A stretch of 35,950 bases of DNA. Origin: a virus. Its lineage: Duplodnaviria; Caudoviricetes. How positions within the stretch are numbered: position 1 is the first letter of the stretch; each line of letters opens with the position of its first letter. Below, piece after piece: positions 26,790 through 35,467 of this stretch. The DNA is taken from IMG/VR virus record IMGVR_UViG_3300020045_002214, positions 1 through 35,950 of that record. One strand, given 5' to 3'. The position numbers and the translations under genes were made by a program. The notes under the pieces are model-generated. The model was not told where the DNA came from, did no database searches, and saw only the letters and a program-made list of their open reading frames with translations.

Positions 26790-26983
26790 AGGAGGTTAGG
26801 GTTGCGTTTATAAAAAGATTCTATGTTTTGATATGTTTTTATTGCAATATCTAAATATTCATCAAAATCTTCTTTTCTAAAATCCTTTATTCTTTCATTG
26901 GATTTTTCAATACACTCTACCAAATCCCTCAACTGCTGCCCATAATCAGGCTTACTTTCCTTTTTAATATCGTTCGTTTTCAT
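26786..26983 (-). CDS. Hypothetical protein (AT-rich insert)
   Basis: ATGA coupling at both ends. Confidence 0.55.
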   Translation of the reverse strand: MKTNDIKKESKPDYGQQLRDLVECIEKSNERIKDFRKEDFDEYLDIAIKTYQNIESFYKRNPNLL

Positions 26984-27552
26984 TTTGCTAAGATAAGATT
27001 CTCCCCGTTATGAAGCAATACCTTATAGCCGTCTGCGTGTTCCTTGATTTCATCCACCTGACCATCATGCTCGACCACCCAAAGCCGAACGTCCGGCATC
27101 TGATCGAAGGCGGCAAAGAATAGATCAGCCGAATGGCCTTCTACGTCAATGTTGACCATATCGAACCGTACGCCTACCTGATCGAGCAACCGATCAAGGC
27201 TGAGAGGCTTAACCGTAATCGGGGTGAACTTCTCCTTATTCTGCCACTTCTGAACGTGAGATGCAAGGGTTGTAGCCACCGCACCCTGATTATCGTAGAA
27301 GGTGATTTCGTCCGATTCAGTGAGGGTGATACACTCGTTAAGTAGTTGCACCTTCAGACCGGATAGGTTGCGCTCTAACTTAGTAAACACCGTCGGAGAG
27401 GCCTCGACCATTACCCCCTCCCATCCGTTCAGTAACAACTGATACGAATTGCTAAACGAAATACCATCGTATGCCCCGATTTCAAGTAGTCTGCCCGTAG
27501 CCGAGCCGAAGTAGTTCAGGATAATTTGTTCCTCGTTGTTCTGTGAGTACAT
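26980..27552 (-). CDS. FkbM-family methyltransferase
   Basis: MYSQNNEE...LLEIGAYDGISFSNS...GWEGVMVEA...DMVNIDVEGH...VVEH. Confidence 0.88.
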   Translation of the reverse strand: MYSQNNEEQIILNYFGSATGRLLEIGAYDGISFSNSYQLLLNGWEGVMVEASPTVFTKLERNLSGLKVQLLNECITLTESDEITFYDNQGAVATTLASHVQKWQNKEKFTPITVKPLSLDRLLDQVGVRFDMVNIDVEGHSADLFFAAFDQMPDVRLWVVEHDGQVDEIKEHADGYKVLLHNGENLILAK

Positions 27553-28025
27553 TATGGATAGTTGAGATATTTAGTGACCATGTTCTTTCCGTTGTGAATC
27601 TTTACCGCCCTGAGCATCTTCTTACGGTGACGAGATGAGTACGAAACGTGAACCCATGCCGGCTCGTCCGGTGTGCCGAACTCCCATATCAACTGATCGA
27701 ACGGCAACTTCAGATTCCGAATCGCATCAAATATCTGCCGATTCGTACCATCCAGATCGAGGTCAATCGCCTGACCTAAGCAATGCTGAGAGGATGATGA
27801 CCCCCCGATAGATTTATTGACTTTCTCCGAACGAAAGGCCGATGTGATCGGAATCTTTCGACCGAAATACTCACATAGCGGATCGTATATGAACTTACCC
27901 AAGTGCATCAGGTTCTGAATCTGTTCAGGTGTAGGTGTATTGTTCAGACCTTTACGGGTTGCGTATTCCGATTTTATACAATCCCCGTAGGTTAGAAACT
28001 CACTGATCTTGTCCGTCAATATCAT
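27552..28025 (-). CDS. Endolysin, peptidase M15 family
   Basis: ITSAFRS..VN..IGG...SQHCLGQAIDL...FDQLIWE...WVHVS. Confidence 0.9.
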   Translation of the reverse strand: MILTDKISEFLTYGDCIKSEYATRKGLNNTPTPEQIQNLMHLGKFIYDPLCEYFGRKIPITSAFRSEKVNKSIGGSSSSQHCLGQAIDLDLDGTNRQIFDAIRNLKLPFDQLIWEFGTPDEPAWVHVSYSSRHRKKMLRAVKIHNGKNMVTKYLNYP

Positions 28026-28212
28026 CTGTGAATAAGTTGGTTATAGTTTTACCAGCAACGGTTAGAACGAGTGAGATAATGGCGAACCATTTATCCTCCC
28101 CAAAGATAGCATATCCGGTCATAGTCATTCCGGCAAAGAGGATCGAATCCCCTACCTTGCGCCATCGTTTCGGCGTAGGCTGATAGTATCGTTTTAATTT
28201 TGTTTTAGTCAT
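28000..28212 (-). CDS. Holin
   Basis: 70 aa, PTPKRWRK followed by two TM segments, overlapping the endolysin start. Confidence 0.75.
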   Translation of the reverse strand: MTKTKLKRYYQPTPKRWRKVGDSILFAGMTMTGYAIFGEDKWFAIISLVLTVAGKTITNLFTDDIDGQDQ

Positions 28213-28283
28213 TTCGTTAGGTTATCATCGAATATCTCTATCACTATCAGAACCAATAGGAGCAAACAGAGGACGATCATCAT
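28209..28283 (-). CDS. 24-aa single-TM peptide
   Basis: MMIVLCLLLLVLIVIEIFDDNLTK*; its stop overlaps the holin ATG. Confidence 0.5.
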   Translation of the reverse strand: MMIVLCLLLLVLIVIEIFDDNLTK

Positions 28284-28285
28284 AG

Positions 28286-29365
28286 CTACGGTTGTGTTAG
28301 AATGTTTTTGCCGTTGAGTTTTGTCGCACCTTTAGCCCTGAGCGACCATTCTTTGTTATAGTGGAATCCATCGACCCAATACTTACCGGGTAGAACCGAT
28401 CCGATCCAGTTGGTAGGATTCGTGAAGTCATAGCTGACTGCATTCGCATGGAAGTACCAGCACGTATCCTGATCTATCGCCTCGAACTTCGCAGAACCTG
28501 GAATGTTCCCGTACCGCTCGATGTGAACCTCTGAATAGTTTGTACCCTGAGCGCGTACCATCGTACCAGCATACTGAGGGAATCCGCCTGAGATATGAGC
28601 GTAACCACCGGTCAGACTGAGGTCAATCATTGCAACCGATGTAACCGTTTCAGCCCAGAAGTCAGTTATCCGAACCGATTTGCACGTAGTAGAGCCATCG
28701 TTCACGACCCAGAACCCGCGCATAGGGATTTGATTAGAAGCCGCGTCAACGGTGCAACGTGTGAATGCGGTATTACCCGATGCGGTTGAACTGAAGCAAG
28801 CCGTCTGCCCTTGTTTCGGGAATGATCGGCATTGATTGACCGTACCCATGTTACTACCTGACTTGTTAAACCCTGCACCGGTGTACGTGCCATTGTGCAG
28901 ACCGATACCGATACCTGATATATTGCGCGTTTCGCATTGTTCGATCAGGCAATTCATTCCGAACTCTTCGACTATGCCGCCTTTGAGTGCGCTGATAACG
29001 GTCAATCGTTTGAGTAGGTCGTGGTAGGTACACCGCATCTGAACACCGTAGTCGGATAGTCCTTTCGCATCCAAGAACATATTCTCGATGTTGAACCCCT
29101 GCGACTGCATTACGTTATTCGCCGCGTAAGCATCTACCGGTTGCGGCCGGCCGATCATGTACGGCATAGGAACGCCCGCTTTGATAGTCGTACCGCAACC
29201 GTCTATGATTAACTGCTTTGAGAGAGCCTTGAGTTTCTTAGGTAGATGTACCGGTGCGTTAAGCGTAATCTCATCCGCGCCTATGATGATCTTCGTGATA
29301 TTGCTTGTTTCGGCATCCCGTACCGCTTTGATTAGGTTATCTCCGGTTGTTACTGTTGCGATCAT
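28286..29365 (-). CDS. Right-handed beta-helix (pectin-lyase-like) protein, possible depolymerase
   Basis: Repeating I..C/N-G-I beta-helix pattern (IIDGCGTTI, NIENMFLD, CLIEQCE, TAFTRCTVD). Confidence 0.7.
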   Translation of the reverse strand: MIATVTTGDNLIKAVRDAETSNITKIIIGADEITLNAPVHLPKKLKALSKQLIIDGCGTTIKAGVPMPYMIGRPQPVDAYAANNVMQSQGFNIENMFLDAKGLSDYGVQMRCTYHDLLKRLTVISALKGGIVEEFGMNCLIEQCETRNISGIGIGLHNGTYTGAGFNKSGSNMGTVNQCRSFPKQGQTACFSSTASGNTAFTRCTVDAASNQIPMRGFWVVNDGSTTCKSVRITDFWAETVTSVAMIDLSLTGGYAHISGGFPQYAGTMVRAQGTNYSEVHIERYGNIPGSAKFEAIDQDTCWYFHANAVSYDFTNPTNWIGSVLPGKYWVDGFHYNKEWSLRAKGATKLNGKNILTQP

Positions 29366-29425
29366 AATGTTGACTATTTCATACGTTAGTTAATGTTTAC
29401 GGGGTTAATGTGGACTATTTCATAC
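29365..29425. repeat. 20-bp direct repeat x2 with 1 mismatch
   Basis: TAATGTTGACTATTTCATAC (29365-29384) and TAATGTGGACTATTTCATAC (29406-29425). Confidence 0.9.
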
Positions 29426-29535
29426 TAATTGCCCCGTTTCGATTCTTTTATTATCGTTAAGATCGACATCACCGTAGCTGATATGATAACCGCAACACAT
29501 ACAATCATTAGTATCTGTTCGGTTAGGTGGCTCAT
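29425..29535 (-). CDS. 36-aa single-TM peptide
   Basis: MSHLTEQILMIVCVAVIISATVMSILTIIKESKRGN*. Confidence 0.55.
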   Translation of the reverse strand: MSHLTEQILMIVCVAVIISATVMSILTIIKESKRGN

Positions 29536-29536
29536 C

Positions 29537-30556
29537 TCAGTAGATATTATCTCCTATTATTTTCTTATTCTCGACCTGAAACGTACCGTCCCCGTTCGAT
29601 TCGACTATGGCAAATCCGTTAATCCAGTCGGGGTTATACAAGCTATACGATACGGACAGTGGGCAGAGGCATCCTACTGCCCACGCTCCGATGATTGACC
29701 CATCGAACCGCTTACGGGTTGCCTCCTGCGATCTGTGCCGGTCACCGAACATTATATTTACCCCCGCCTTGTTCAGTATCGTAGCGGCTACGTTTGTACC
29801 TGAGCCTTTGATGTGGTGGCCGTGCATTACGTGGAGGTGTCCGATCTGTACGTGTTTATGGTACGGGACAAACGATATACCGAAATGCTCAAGCTGAAGC
29901 AACCGTTCGAGGTAGATAATCCCATCGAACTGCTTCGCATTACACGCAATGAAACGGCTTAGTCTGTATTCGTGGTTACCCTCTGCGAAGATGATCTCAG
30001 CCTTTGGAAACATATCGCGCACGATACGGAGGTATGTCTTAGCCTGAGCGATCTCATCCTTTAGATTCATCCGCTCGTATGGACTTGCAGCGTGTGAACT
30101 GACCGAACCGAAATCGAGTAGATCACCATTGATTACGATCCGATCTATATTGCCGCGTTCCTTTGCGTATTGTAGCGGCTTCACGCATAACGAAGTCGAG
30201 TGTATTCCTATGTGGTGATCGTTCATCACAAGGTAATTCCGACCCGTTTCGAGTTGTATCGGTGCAGGGTCAATGTAGAACCCATCCGTAAACGGCTCGA
30301 ACGGATCACCGTTAGCATCGTACCGCCCGAATTGTTCCATAGATTGCAGTATCGCATCCGATGAAGGTGCGAACGATTTAGGCCTGCACATATCAACGTG
30401 ATTCAGTTCAGCGTTGAGAGGCTTCATTACAAGGTTGCGGAAACTATCGCGGCTACCAACGTAACCAACGGCAGCGATGATCTGCGTAGTGTTGAGGTTC
30501 GGATTCTTTAACTTTAATTCTTTGGCTTTGTCGTAGTATCTCTCGCGGATAGTCAT
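29537..30556 (-). CDS. Calcineurin-like metallophosphoesterase
   Basis: NDHH, NGDLLD, EGNHE, HGHH and GDRH motifs. Confidence 0.88.
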   Translation of the reverse strand: MTIRERYYDKAKELKLKNPNLNTTQIIAAVGYVGSRDSFRNLVMKPLNAELNHVDMCRPKSFAPSSDAILQSMEQFGRYDANGDPFEPFTDGFYIDPAPIQLETGRNYLVMNDHHIGIHSTSLCVKPLQYAKERGNIDRIVINGDLLDFGSVSSHAASPYERMNLKDEIAQAKTYLRIVRDMFPKAEIIFAEGNHEYRLSRFIACNAKQFDGIIYLERLLQLEHFGISFVPYHKHVQIGHLHVMHGHHIKGSGTNVAATILNKAGVNIMFGDRHRSQEATRKRFDGSIIGAWAVGCLCPLSVSYSLYNPDWINGFAIVESNGDGTFQVENKKIIGDNIY

Positions 30557-30560
30557 ACGG

Positions 30561-30839
30561 TTAGTTTAATGCCGGAAACAAAACAAACATTCTCTGATCT
30601 GCCTTAGCCTTGTCATGCCATTCGCACCAATGCGCGAACGATCCAAACACCTGACGCGATTCTCCATCGTAGTAGATCAGTTCCACTCCGCCCTCAATGT
30701 GTTCCAGTACCTCCATCACCTCCCACAGATCGACCTTAATCAGCCCCTCGCGTCTGTGGAGTTTCTCGTCAAAATCTTCCTCATCTACGTCCTTAAACAA
30801 GTAAGTCGTAGCGATCACATAGCGAAATGGATTCCGCAT
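30561..30839 (-). CDS. Hypothetical protein
   Basis: ORF within the operon. Confidence 0.6.
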   Translation of the reverse strand: MRNPFRYVIATTYLFKDVDEEDFDEKLHRREGLIKVDLWEVMEVLEHIEGGVELIYYDGESRQVFGSFAHWCEWHDKAKADQRMFVLFPALN

Positions 30840-30848
30840 GGCCGTAGG

Positions 30849-31280
30849 TTATTTACGACCCTTGCGCTTCGTGGTAGTGGTAGTCGGAGCGAGCGGTGAA
30901 GTCGGACAAACAATATCCGAAACGATGCAAGTCGAACCACCTGAGCAACCCGTAACGGTACGACCTAAGTACGGGTTAACGATATACGTTGAATAACCGC
31001 AACCTAAGCTGAATCCATCGTGGTAGGTGAAGGCAATACTGATCGTATCGGAATACGTGCCTACCGGAAACAGAAACGTCTGCCCGTCAGGTTGAACTGC
31101 TACCGATACTACGTTCGATGTTTGGCCTTTGCTCATCTGACAGACCCATGCAGGATTAGCCACCGGAGCGGTTACGGTAATCGAACCATCACAGTTGATC
31201 GTTGCGGTGAGTGTGCAGGCTTGACCTGATGCGAATGATACCGACAGTATCAAAGCGAATAATGTGAGTAGTGTTTTCAT
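30849..31280 (-). CDS. Secreted Cys-rich protein
   Basis: Signal peptide ending ASG/Q; 7 Cys; basic tail TTTTKRKGRK. Confidence 0.65.
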   Translation of the reverse strand: MKTLLTLFALILSVSFASGQACTLTATINCDGSITVTAPVANPAWVCQMSKGQTSNVVSVAVQPDGQTFLFPVGTYSDTISIAFTYHDGFSLGCGYSTYIVNPYLGRTVTGCSGGSTCIVSDIVCPTSPLAPTTTTTKRKGRK

Positions 31281-31289
31281 ATGATTGGT

Positions 31290-31505
31290 TTATCGTGATC
31301 TGAATACGTACTGTTCAACGTGGTTGATTCGGTTATCGTGATCTTGTAGCCTCTGTTCGTGCCGTATAACCCCATCCGCTGCAACGTCAATCTTCTGATC
31401 GATCTTGTACAGAAAGTACAGAATCACCGTCAGCAGCGCAGGGATAGCCGTCACCGTTATCCACTTGTGCGATTCAGTCAATCGGTCGAGGTTGCGCTGG
31501 GTCAT
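31290..31505 (-). CDS. Small TM plus coiled-coil protein
   Basis: One TM followed by a heptad region. Confidence 0.6.
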   Translation of the reverse strand: MTQRNLDRLTESHKWITVTAIPALLTVILYFLYKIDQKIDVAADGVIRHEQRLQDHDNRINHVEQYVFRSR

Positions 31506-31506
31506 A

Positions 31507-31755
31507 TCAAAGGTTGCTGAATAGCGAATCGAATAGGTTGCGTTGTGATTCTACCCATACCACTACCGATGTATCTACCGGATACGGGTTGAGTAGTTCA
31601 TAGTCGGCAATAGACAAAGGCGATACTCTGATTGTATTAAACCCTGCAATTGATTCAGGGATAGTATCCACTTCGATCAGCATTGTACCGTTATCGGTTT
31701 CGATTTTAACAGTTGCGTAGTTTCCATGAACTACGTTAGAGATGATTTGTGTCAT
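31507..31755 (-). CDS. Hypothetical protein
   Basis: Follows the putative fibre gene. Confidence 0.55.
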   Translation of the reverse strand: MTQIISNVVHGNYATVKIETDNGTMLIEVDTIPESIAGFNTIRVSPLSIADYELLNPYPVDTSVVVWVESQRNLFDSLFSNL

Positions 31756-31759
31756 ATGT

Positions 31760-32686
31760 TTATTGTAAGTTTGTTAAGTAAATCCAATTTGATCCGCGCT
31801 TTTTAACCTTAAGAAATTGTTGGTTATCGTCAGTCAAGTAAACTGCACCTGCGTAAGCTGTTGGCATCACGATATTCCCCGTATCCACCACCGTCAACTG
31901 ATTCGCCCCTCCACCCGTCACGAAGATGGTCAGCTCCATTCCTTCAAAACCGCCCGTGATCGTTTCGAGGGTTTCTGCGCCGGTGATTGGAATGGTTAGT
32001 ATTCCGTATAAGTAGGTTGCGTTGCCGCTAAAATCAAGTTCAAGAGTATCGACTGAATCATATTTATATACAGTATTGTCAGTTGTCAGCGTAGGATCAG
32101 CCGCCGTAAACGCAAAGCCTGATCCGTTGAAGATGCCGCGTACTGTTCCGATTATTACGTTAGTTGAATCAAAATACCCCATCTCCGTATCGAATGCATC
32201 TATATCGAGAGCGCGTACAAATAACTGATCGTTAGCCGTTCCACTCGACGTACCATCGAGCGCGATCCGATACATCGCACCGATCTCTAAGGTCTGCGCT
32301 CCGATAGCCGTCTTCGCAGCCGTTTCGGTCAGGTCGTAGTACAACGTACCACCACCGCCTCCAGTGTTCTGCGCCACTAACGCATCAACCATGTTATCCA
32401 AAGCAACCGTGATCGATGAGTAGTGAACGTCAGCCTGCACATCGTACCAACCTTGATAGATGCTGAACTGATCGGCACTACCGTTCTGAACGATGAACAC
32501 CTGATTTGTGTTGCGCTTATAGGCTACATCACCCGCCGGAATACTGAACTGCTCAGTCCATTGCAGATCGTCATAGAGATTAGTCGCACGATCTAAATCG
32601 TACTCACTCACTACGAACGTGATTAGGTTCGTATTTGAATCGTATGTTCCGTCTATCGTGTACGGTACGGAGTTATTGAATGCCAT
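31760..32686 (-). CDS. Putative tail fibre/decoration protein
   Basis: Two domains joined by a GGGGG linker; directly after the tail tube gene. Confidence 0.55.
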   Translation of the reverse strand: MAFNNSVPYTIDGTYDSNTNLITFVVSEYDLDRATNLYDDLQWTEQFSIPAGDVAYKRNTNQVFIVQNGSADQFSIYQGWYDVQADVHYSSITVALDNMVDALVAQNTGGGGGTLYYDLTETAAKTAIGAQTLEIGAMYRIALDGTSSGTANDQLFVRALDIDAFDTEMGYFDSTNVIIGTVRGIFNGSGFAFTAADPTLTTDNTVYKYDSVDTLELDFSGNATYLYGILTIPITGAETLETITGGFEGMELTIFVTGGGANQLTVVDTGNIVMPTAYAGAVYLTDDNQQFLKVKKRGSNWIYLTNLQ

Positions 32687-32704
32687 TGGTTAGGTTATAA
32701 TGAA

Positions 32705-32724
32705 TCCGACCTTACGGGGTCGGA
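32705..32724 (-). terminator. Stem-loop after the major tail gene (attenuator or mRNA stabiliser)
   Basis: TCCGACC-N6-GGTCGGA; no U-tract. Confidence 0.5.
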
Positions 32725-32731
32725 ATCGGGA

Positions 32732-33286
32732 TTAAACGATAGGAATATAACAGTTCTCGAAGATACCCTCAGGAATATCATACGGGCAAGGTAAGTCAGC
32801 ATTCTGCCACTTAACAGTTACCTCATAGGATACAACCGATTTCAGATCGTCAGCGACCGGCATCTTTGGAGTGATGTTTACGGGCGCACCGGCTGACCAG
32901 ATTTTAGTCGAGGTACGAAACCACATAGTGTACTCCGTAGAGTTCTTGATCGCGTTGTAGAAGTCGCAGTTGTCAGTGGTTGATGCATCCTTATATACAA
33001 GAATATGCGATACTCCACCGTTTACGAATTCAGCATCACCGAATCCAGGAAGTTCCTGCGAAGTTCCACCGTCATAGTTTCCCTGAGTAGCCCAGATCAC
33101 GATAGCGTTACCCGCACCGAGAGCAGTGTCCCATTCAGTCGGATCGGTCGGATCGGTAAACGATACCGAATTCTTCACGAACGCCACCGAACGCACCCTG
33201 CCGTATTCATAATCCGGGCAGGGATTACAAGTGTACTGCGGAATTGCACCGCCGCCACAAGTAGAAGTTGGATAATATACAGACAT
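32732..33286 (-). CDS. Major tail (tube) protein
   Basis: 184 aa in tube position after two neck genes and followed by a hairpin; GRVRSVAF and PGFG motifs. Confidence 0.65.
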   Translation of the reverse strand: MSVYYPTSTCGGGAIPQYTCNPCPDYEYGRVRSVAFVKNSVSFTDPTDPTEWDTALGAGNAIVIWATQGNYDGGTSQELPGFGDAEFVNGGVSHILVYKDASTTDNCDFYNAIKNSTEYTMWFRTSTKIWSAGAPVNITPKMPVADDLKSVVSYEVTVKWQNADLPCPYDIPEGIFENCYIPIV

Positions 33287-33298
33287 TTTATTTTAGTT

Positions 33299-33886
33299 TT
33301 AACATGGTGAACATGAACTGATACAATTAACATCGTAGTCAATCGTCAAGGTGTAATCCATCGCAAAGTAAATCTGCTCCGGCTGAACTGGGTAAGAGGT
33401 TACTGGCATCTTATATTCCGATGTGAACACGCTGACCCCATCGAAGTTACTCACTCCTGCGTCAACGATTATGCCCTTCACACCATCGAGTGAACTGAAA
33501 TCTGATCTACTGAATTGTGACGAAACACCGCGAGCGATTCTGAATGCAAGCGATTGCTCATTCTCCTGAATCGTCCGGCGATTACCGAATACGATCAACC
33601 GCATCCGAGCCTCTTCGCGTCCGAGCGAATTACTATCCCCGAACTGATTTGGGTTTTCGACCTGCTCAGTCGATAGGCATCGGTGATAGATAACAATGTT
33701 ATACCTATCATCGAACCCGCTGAACTCAATCGAACCGGACAGAGTGACTATGGCCGGAATCGTTTCGGTCTGTCGAGGCAGTAGATTGCATAGCCCTTGC
33801 AGATTCGTATTGAACTGCGGAGCATTGAAGCTGATGTTATCCAGCTTCGTATTGATCTTATCTACTATCTCAGATATGTACGGCAT
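33299..33886 (-). CDS. Putative tail terminator/neck protein
   Basis: Position between the morphogenesis gene and the tail tube. Confidence 0.5.
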   Translation of the reverse strand: MPYISEIVDKINTKLDNISFNAPQFNTNLQGLCNLLPRQTETIPAIVTLSGSIEFSGFDDRYNIVIYHRCLSTEQVENPNQFGDSNSLGREEARMRLIVFGNRRTIQENEQSLAFRIARGVSSQFSRSDFSSLDGVKGIIVDAGVSNFDGVSVFTSEYKMPVTSYPVQPEQIYFAMDYTLTIDYDVNCISSCSPC

Positions 33887-34312
33887 CTATTTGAATGCGT
33901 TGTTTACAAAGTCTTGAATGATGATGTTCACTTGATCCAGTTCAGATTCAGACAATGCCCATATATCGTTACCGAACCGCTCGGCAAGCCATACGGATTT
34001 GTATGCATCGTCAGGGTTATCGAATCCTAACCCGTATTCGGTATCACTGATGGCGATCACCTTGTAGTTATTCTCCATTGCACCGGTCAGAGAGAATACT
34101 ATATCTCTGTCAGCGGTACGGTTGTACTTATTAACACGTAACTTCAGGTATCGGTCATTATACTGACCTATGCCATTACCGGTAGCCCGTAATCCTTCGT
34201 TATGGATACGGAACTTAGTTTCGCCAAGCATAGCCTCACTGATAGTCCGTAACAGACTATCCGTATCGGTTAGGCTTGCCATACCTTTGATTACGTAGTC
34301 AACGCTTGCCAC
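33887..34312 (-). CDS. Virion morphogenesis/tail completion protein
   Basis: RIHNEG...Y...YLKLR...FSLTGAM...YGLGF pattern; GTG start. Confidence 0.6.
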   Translation of the reverse strand: MASVDYVIKGMASLTDTDSLLRTISEAMLGETKFRIHNEGLRATGNGIGQYNDRYLKLRVNKYNRTADRDIVFSLTGAMENNYKVIAISDTEYGLGFDNPDDAYKSVWLAERFGNDIWALSESELDQVNIIIQDFVNNAFK

Positions 34313-34343
34313 CTTTCTTACGACCTCCGCAGTTACATCCCAT
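34299..34343 (-). CDS. 14-aa micropeptide MGCNCGGRKKGGKR
   Basis: ATG lies 2 nt after the upstream stop and the ORF overlaps the next start. Confidence 0.45.
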   Translation of the reverse strand: MGCNCGGRKKGGKR

Positions 34344-34345
34344 TG

Positions 34346-35136
34346 TTAATAGAATTGTGAAGCGGTACGAATCTGTACGGGTGAAGCGCAATCGAGGCAG
34401 CAATCACAATCCAGATACATTCCGTCCGCTACTTGTTTCAATGATTTCTGATATTCCACTTCGTACTCAGCCCGCAAGTCTTTCATCTGATTCATTCCGA
34501 TGGTAGTCCACTTACTCAGAGTAGTCGAGTAGATTAGTTCAGTCAGGAATTCGATACCGCATAGATACCAGAACGCACGACTGAATAGGTTTTTATTCTG
34601 ACAGATCAGACCCTCCCATGAGCAGGTTACGTTGAAGGTTGCAGTGATACCAACAGTATAAGATAGAACGTCAGTATCAAGCACCGCCCCGTGTGCAAGT
34701 ACTCCACAGCACTGAGGGTTCTGAATATTGTTAGGTAGTTGTATTAAAGTTGTACTATACGCAGCCGCAGGAGTAAGATATATACGCAGCTTTAACGTCT
34801 GCTGATTCACATTGCTTGCTACAAAAGATTGATTAATTTCGTAATCGTTCCAGTACTCGTTATTAATTGTTAACGAAGTATTGTATAAAGTTTCATTCGT
34901 ATCTAAATCAATTATATTAAGGTTAAAAGTTCCGCCAATATCTCCCGCATCCTGACAATAGTAGGATATATTCTGAATATTAATCTGAAGTAATGGAGAT
35001 GGGCTAAACTGAGGGTCTGTTTCGCTATTTAATTCTAAGTGAATTGCACTGAATGTACTCAAAGTATATTGCGGAACTGAACTATCCACATATACTTTCC
35101 CCAGATTCACCCCCTGCGCTAACGACTTTAACCGAT
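34346..35136 (-). CDS. Head-tail adaptor-like gene, allele A (5' part missing in this orientation)
   Basis: Reading frame continues to 35136 (RLKSLAQGVNLGK...); its N-terminal ~74 codons are found only on the plus strand at 35211-35432. Confidence 0.7.
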
Positions 35137-35467
35137 GCGTATGATGGTGCAGATGTTCTCGCCGGTTCTAATGGTACACTCCGTTACGCTATCACTAATA
35201 GCTAATCGGGATGGGTTGTCTTAACGACTACATCGGGATAAGATGGTGCGGGGGTTCTGCCTCCGCGCCGTCTTCTCTTTATATTAACGATCTGCCGGGT
35301 CTTAGTATAAAGCAATTCAATTCGATCACAGACGAAGAAAATAGCACGTTCCTATCGGTATGGAATAACATCCAGTCACGCGCTGAGAACCGGTTCGCCC
35401 TCGATGTACGTGAGGCGATGGGTGCGAAGTATCGGTTAAAGTCGTTAGCGCAGGGGGTGAATCTGGG
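35100..35467. repeat. Perfect 37-bp inverted repeat (35100-35136 / 35431-35467), extended by diverged inverted homology 34620-35099 / 35468-35950
   Basis: ATCGGTTAAAGTCGTTAGCGCAGGGGGTGAATCTGGG and its reverse complement. Confidence 0.95.
35131..35205 (+). pseudogene. C-terminal stub of an upstream gene, probably the major capsid protein
   Basis: TDAYDGADVLAGSNGTLRYAITNS*, ending 5 nt before the adaptor ATG; no start present. The capsid call rests on position and resemblance. Confidence 0.5.

Noticed and set aside
33138-33158. GTCGGATCG tandem repeat
   Set aside because: Simply encodes TDPTDPT in the tail tube protein.
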